Below are positions 37,701-38,363 of a stretch of DNA of 38,363 nt, piece by piece. Both the position numbers and the translations under genes were made by a program. Source of the DNA: a virus (lineage: Duplodnaviria; Caudoviricetes). Position 1 is the first letter of the stretch, and every line of letters begins with the position of its first letter. A model generated the notes under the pieces. The model saw only the letters and a program-made list of their open reading frames with translations, had not been told where the DNA came from and searched no databases. Location: positions 1-38,363 of IMG/VR virus record IMGVR_UViG_3300026279_000004. One strand, written 5' to 3'.

Positions 37701-38363
37701 ATTATGGAAGTAGATGCCGTATCCCATCGTTGGTGTTTTATTATATCATCAGCTTGAAACCCATGTCCATTATTGGCGGCCGCGTCAAATGTTAAAACCC
37801 AATCACCACTACCATTATCAATTGATTCTGAAACTTTACCTGTAGCTGATACCCAAATAGCTCCATTTGTAGCTTTAATAGACGCAATTTGCATCTCATA
37901 TACATTCATAGTACCACGAACAGTAAAGTTTTCTAACCCCATCGAATCGTCTGAGTCTGAGATTCCCCAGCCTCCACCAGCAAATCCACTTGTATACGCA
38001 GTTGTACCAATCATAGTATTTACACCAGATATATCATTAGTATTTGCAATTTTTACGGCGGATTCTTTTATTCTTTCGTCTGGGGCGGTTGACGCGTCAA
38101 CTATCGCTATCATTTCATCGGTTGTAGCGTTTAATACTACACTTGTTCCACTTGAACCACTTGTTCCAGAACTTCCACTTGTTCCACTTGAACCACTTGT
38201 TCCAGAACTTCCACTTGTTCCAGAACTTCCACTTGTTCCACTTGAACCACTTGTTCCAGAACTTCCACTTGTTCCACTTGAACCACTTGTTCCCGAACTT
38301 CCACTTGTTCCAGAACTTCCACTTGTTCCACTTGAACCACTTGTTCCAGAACTTCCACTTGTT
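34730..38363 (-). CDS. Large tail/fibre protein with GTS-GSS repeat, GW-repeat shaft and C-terminal Hint domain; 5'-truncated by the window edge
   Basis: The frame of ORF 34730-38113 stays open upstream through ...GSSGTSVVLNATTDE-MIAIV to the window edge. Seven (A/G)G(W/F)x(I/L/M/V) repeats. Hint domain runs from CFIAGT to LVHN. Confidence 0.85.
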   Translation of the reverse strand, partial: TSGSSGTSGSSGTSGSSGTSGSSGTSGSSGTSGSSGTSGSSGTSGSSGTSGSSGTSGSSGTSGSSGTSGSSGTSVVLNATTDEMIAIVDASTAPDERIKESAVKIANTNDISGVNTMIGTTAYTSGFAGGGWGISDSDDSMGLENFTVRGTMNVYEMQIASIKATNGAIWVSATGKVSESIDNGSGDWVLTFDAAANNGHGFQADDIIKHQRWDTASTSIIKSVLTVDSISPGDGEWVSASYDASSTSNPAAGYEFVRIGNSSNVARQGAIYLTADDDNAPFIDVIDGITAATQVTMSDQYVKVRVGKLDGVNSTEFGDLGHSNYGGPNVYGLYASGSAFLEGSINATSGKIGGWTINSTTLADAGNNLVFTPATPRITISDGTYERMLIGKIDSTYYGILGKDTSGNTIFKISNDATNPNILAGWTLEQSKISTDNDAGSVALDSTNQYLAIYTGSIDTSRPKLVLGKQPGGTTPYGLGIYTGTVDADSSLDTTYSVLITKDVARLAGWDMSPGKLESGTVARIDGNTATIALGTNATTHTSTIPQPSLFFVSASEDPIFFVGENFSYVNDVLTAGGWKIGNQMMSSSVSADTDGIIIDAEAKSISFHGTDGLGSFSPGTATRSNVRFAVGQVDTDVYGMRAYDGSGNTLLSITDTPEALIAGWTIDTASISKGDVTLAAVSAASAYLGIGATSYASGDGIFIGRTAAGEYKISAEGTKGKMYWDDTKLDIQGQDGTRVFTTTATGAIIGGFTVTQTQISDGSNLFLKSSGQISGSTFKFSDNLSGDVSAARYGDAEFDNYVYNDGSSFNIQTEAFNLNTANIIISSSNNGVIALGSTPPTDYIGVGANRKKGFYVSGLGSLLIGNSDGGRIQYDYSTENLIMSASSFMLGKGSTGTGGQFISGSPAGNGTIEISSSNFHLTNTGDVTMAGTVSASAGDIGGWYIGTDEISATLASGYGTTDTIALSKAQLALYVRDDDTSQYVAKFGKFTLDSPVVVASSFLNRFPNGGFETATDWVYDDQGYYQNDGPGRTTGTAAASGSYGGYMKFDNSNPMPGWSCFIAGTQVLLGDGLYKNIEDVVVGDMVKTKDGIGEVIFEEKTIIGGRDLYSFNGGKHFVTSEHPFMTKEGWKSINPETTKFESEKLYNQLVGSLQVGDIVRTEDDWIELKTIDIQKAKPSDYNTPLYNFHVENQQNYYADGYLVHNKAGE
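34745..35182 (-). other. Hint (intein-like) autoprocessing domain, 146 aa, without homing endonuclease
   Basis: Block A CFIAGTQVLLGDG..KNIEDV.VGD, block B VTSEHPF, block F/G LYNFHVENQQNYYADGYLVHN, then KAGE-stop. Confidence 0.9.
38141..38363 (-). repeat. Near-perfect 18/36-bp tandem repeat encoding (GTS-GSS)n
   Basis: Units acttgttccacttgaacc and acttgttccagaacttcc run to the window edge. Confidence 0.95.

Noticed and set aside
38137-38358. 73-aa VEQV-repeat ORF
   Set aside because: It is an alternate frame of the (GTS-GSS)n block; the Gly-Ser frame is the one continuous with the tail protein.
1-38363. A circular 38-kb element joining the two truncated GSS-repeat genes into one
   Set aside because: No terminal overlap is visible and a direct join would be out of frame. 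The window also lacks recognisable sheath, tube and replication genes. Ends falling at repeats are better explained by assembly breaks or windowing.

Overview
This window is part of the virion morphogenesis region of a large, AT-rich, T4-like (myovirus-type) tailed phage. All credible genes lie on the minus strand and read normally in code 11. In transcription order (right to left): a very large tail/fibre protein that enters from the right edge in a (GTS-GSS)n repeat and ends in a Hint domain; three fibre-like proteins with peptidase S74 chaperone domains, with a SET-domain gene between them; a GH108 lysozyme; a P-loop kinase; an HxGH nucleotidyltransferase fused to a KxDG ligase-like domain; terminase large subunit; portal; several probable head-internal proteins; prohead protease; three tandem paralogues; ribosomal protein bS21; scaffold; major capsid protein; gp13/gp14/gp15-like neck and tail-terminator proteins; three virion-type hypotheticals; and a protein of at least 2016 aa, missing from the ORF track, made of Gly-Ser/Thr-Ser/Asp triplet blocks alternating with two small globular domains. 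The most unusual signals are a jelly-roll domain apparently split across two genes at the Hint domain, a shared leader/cleavage motif suggesting enzymes are packaged into the head, and bS21 embedded among genes with strong Shine-Dalgarno sequences. Family calls come from motif recognition by eye; no database searches were run.
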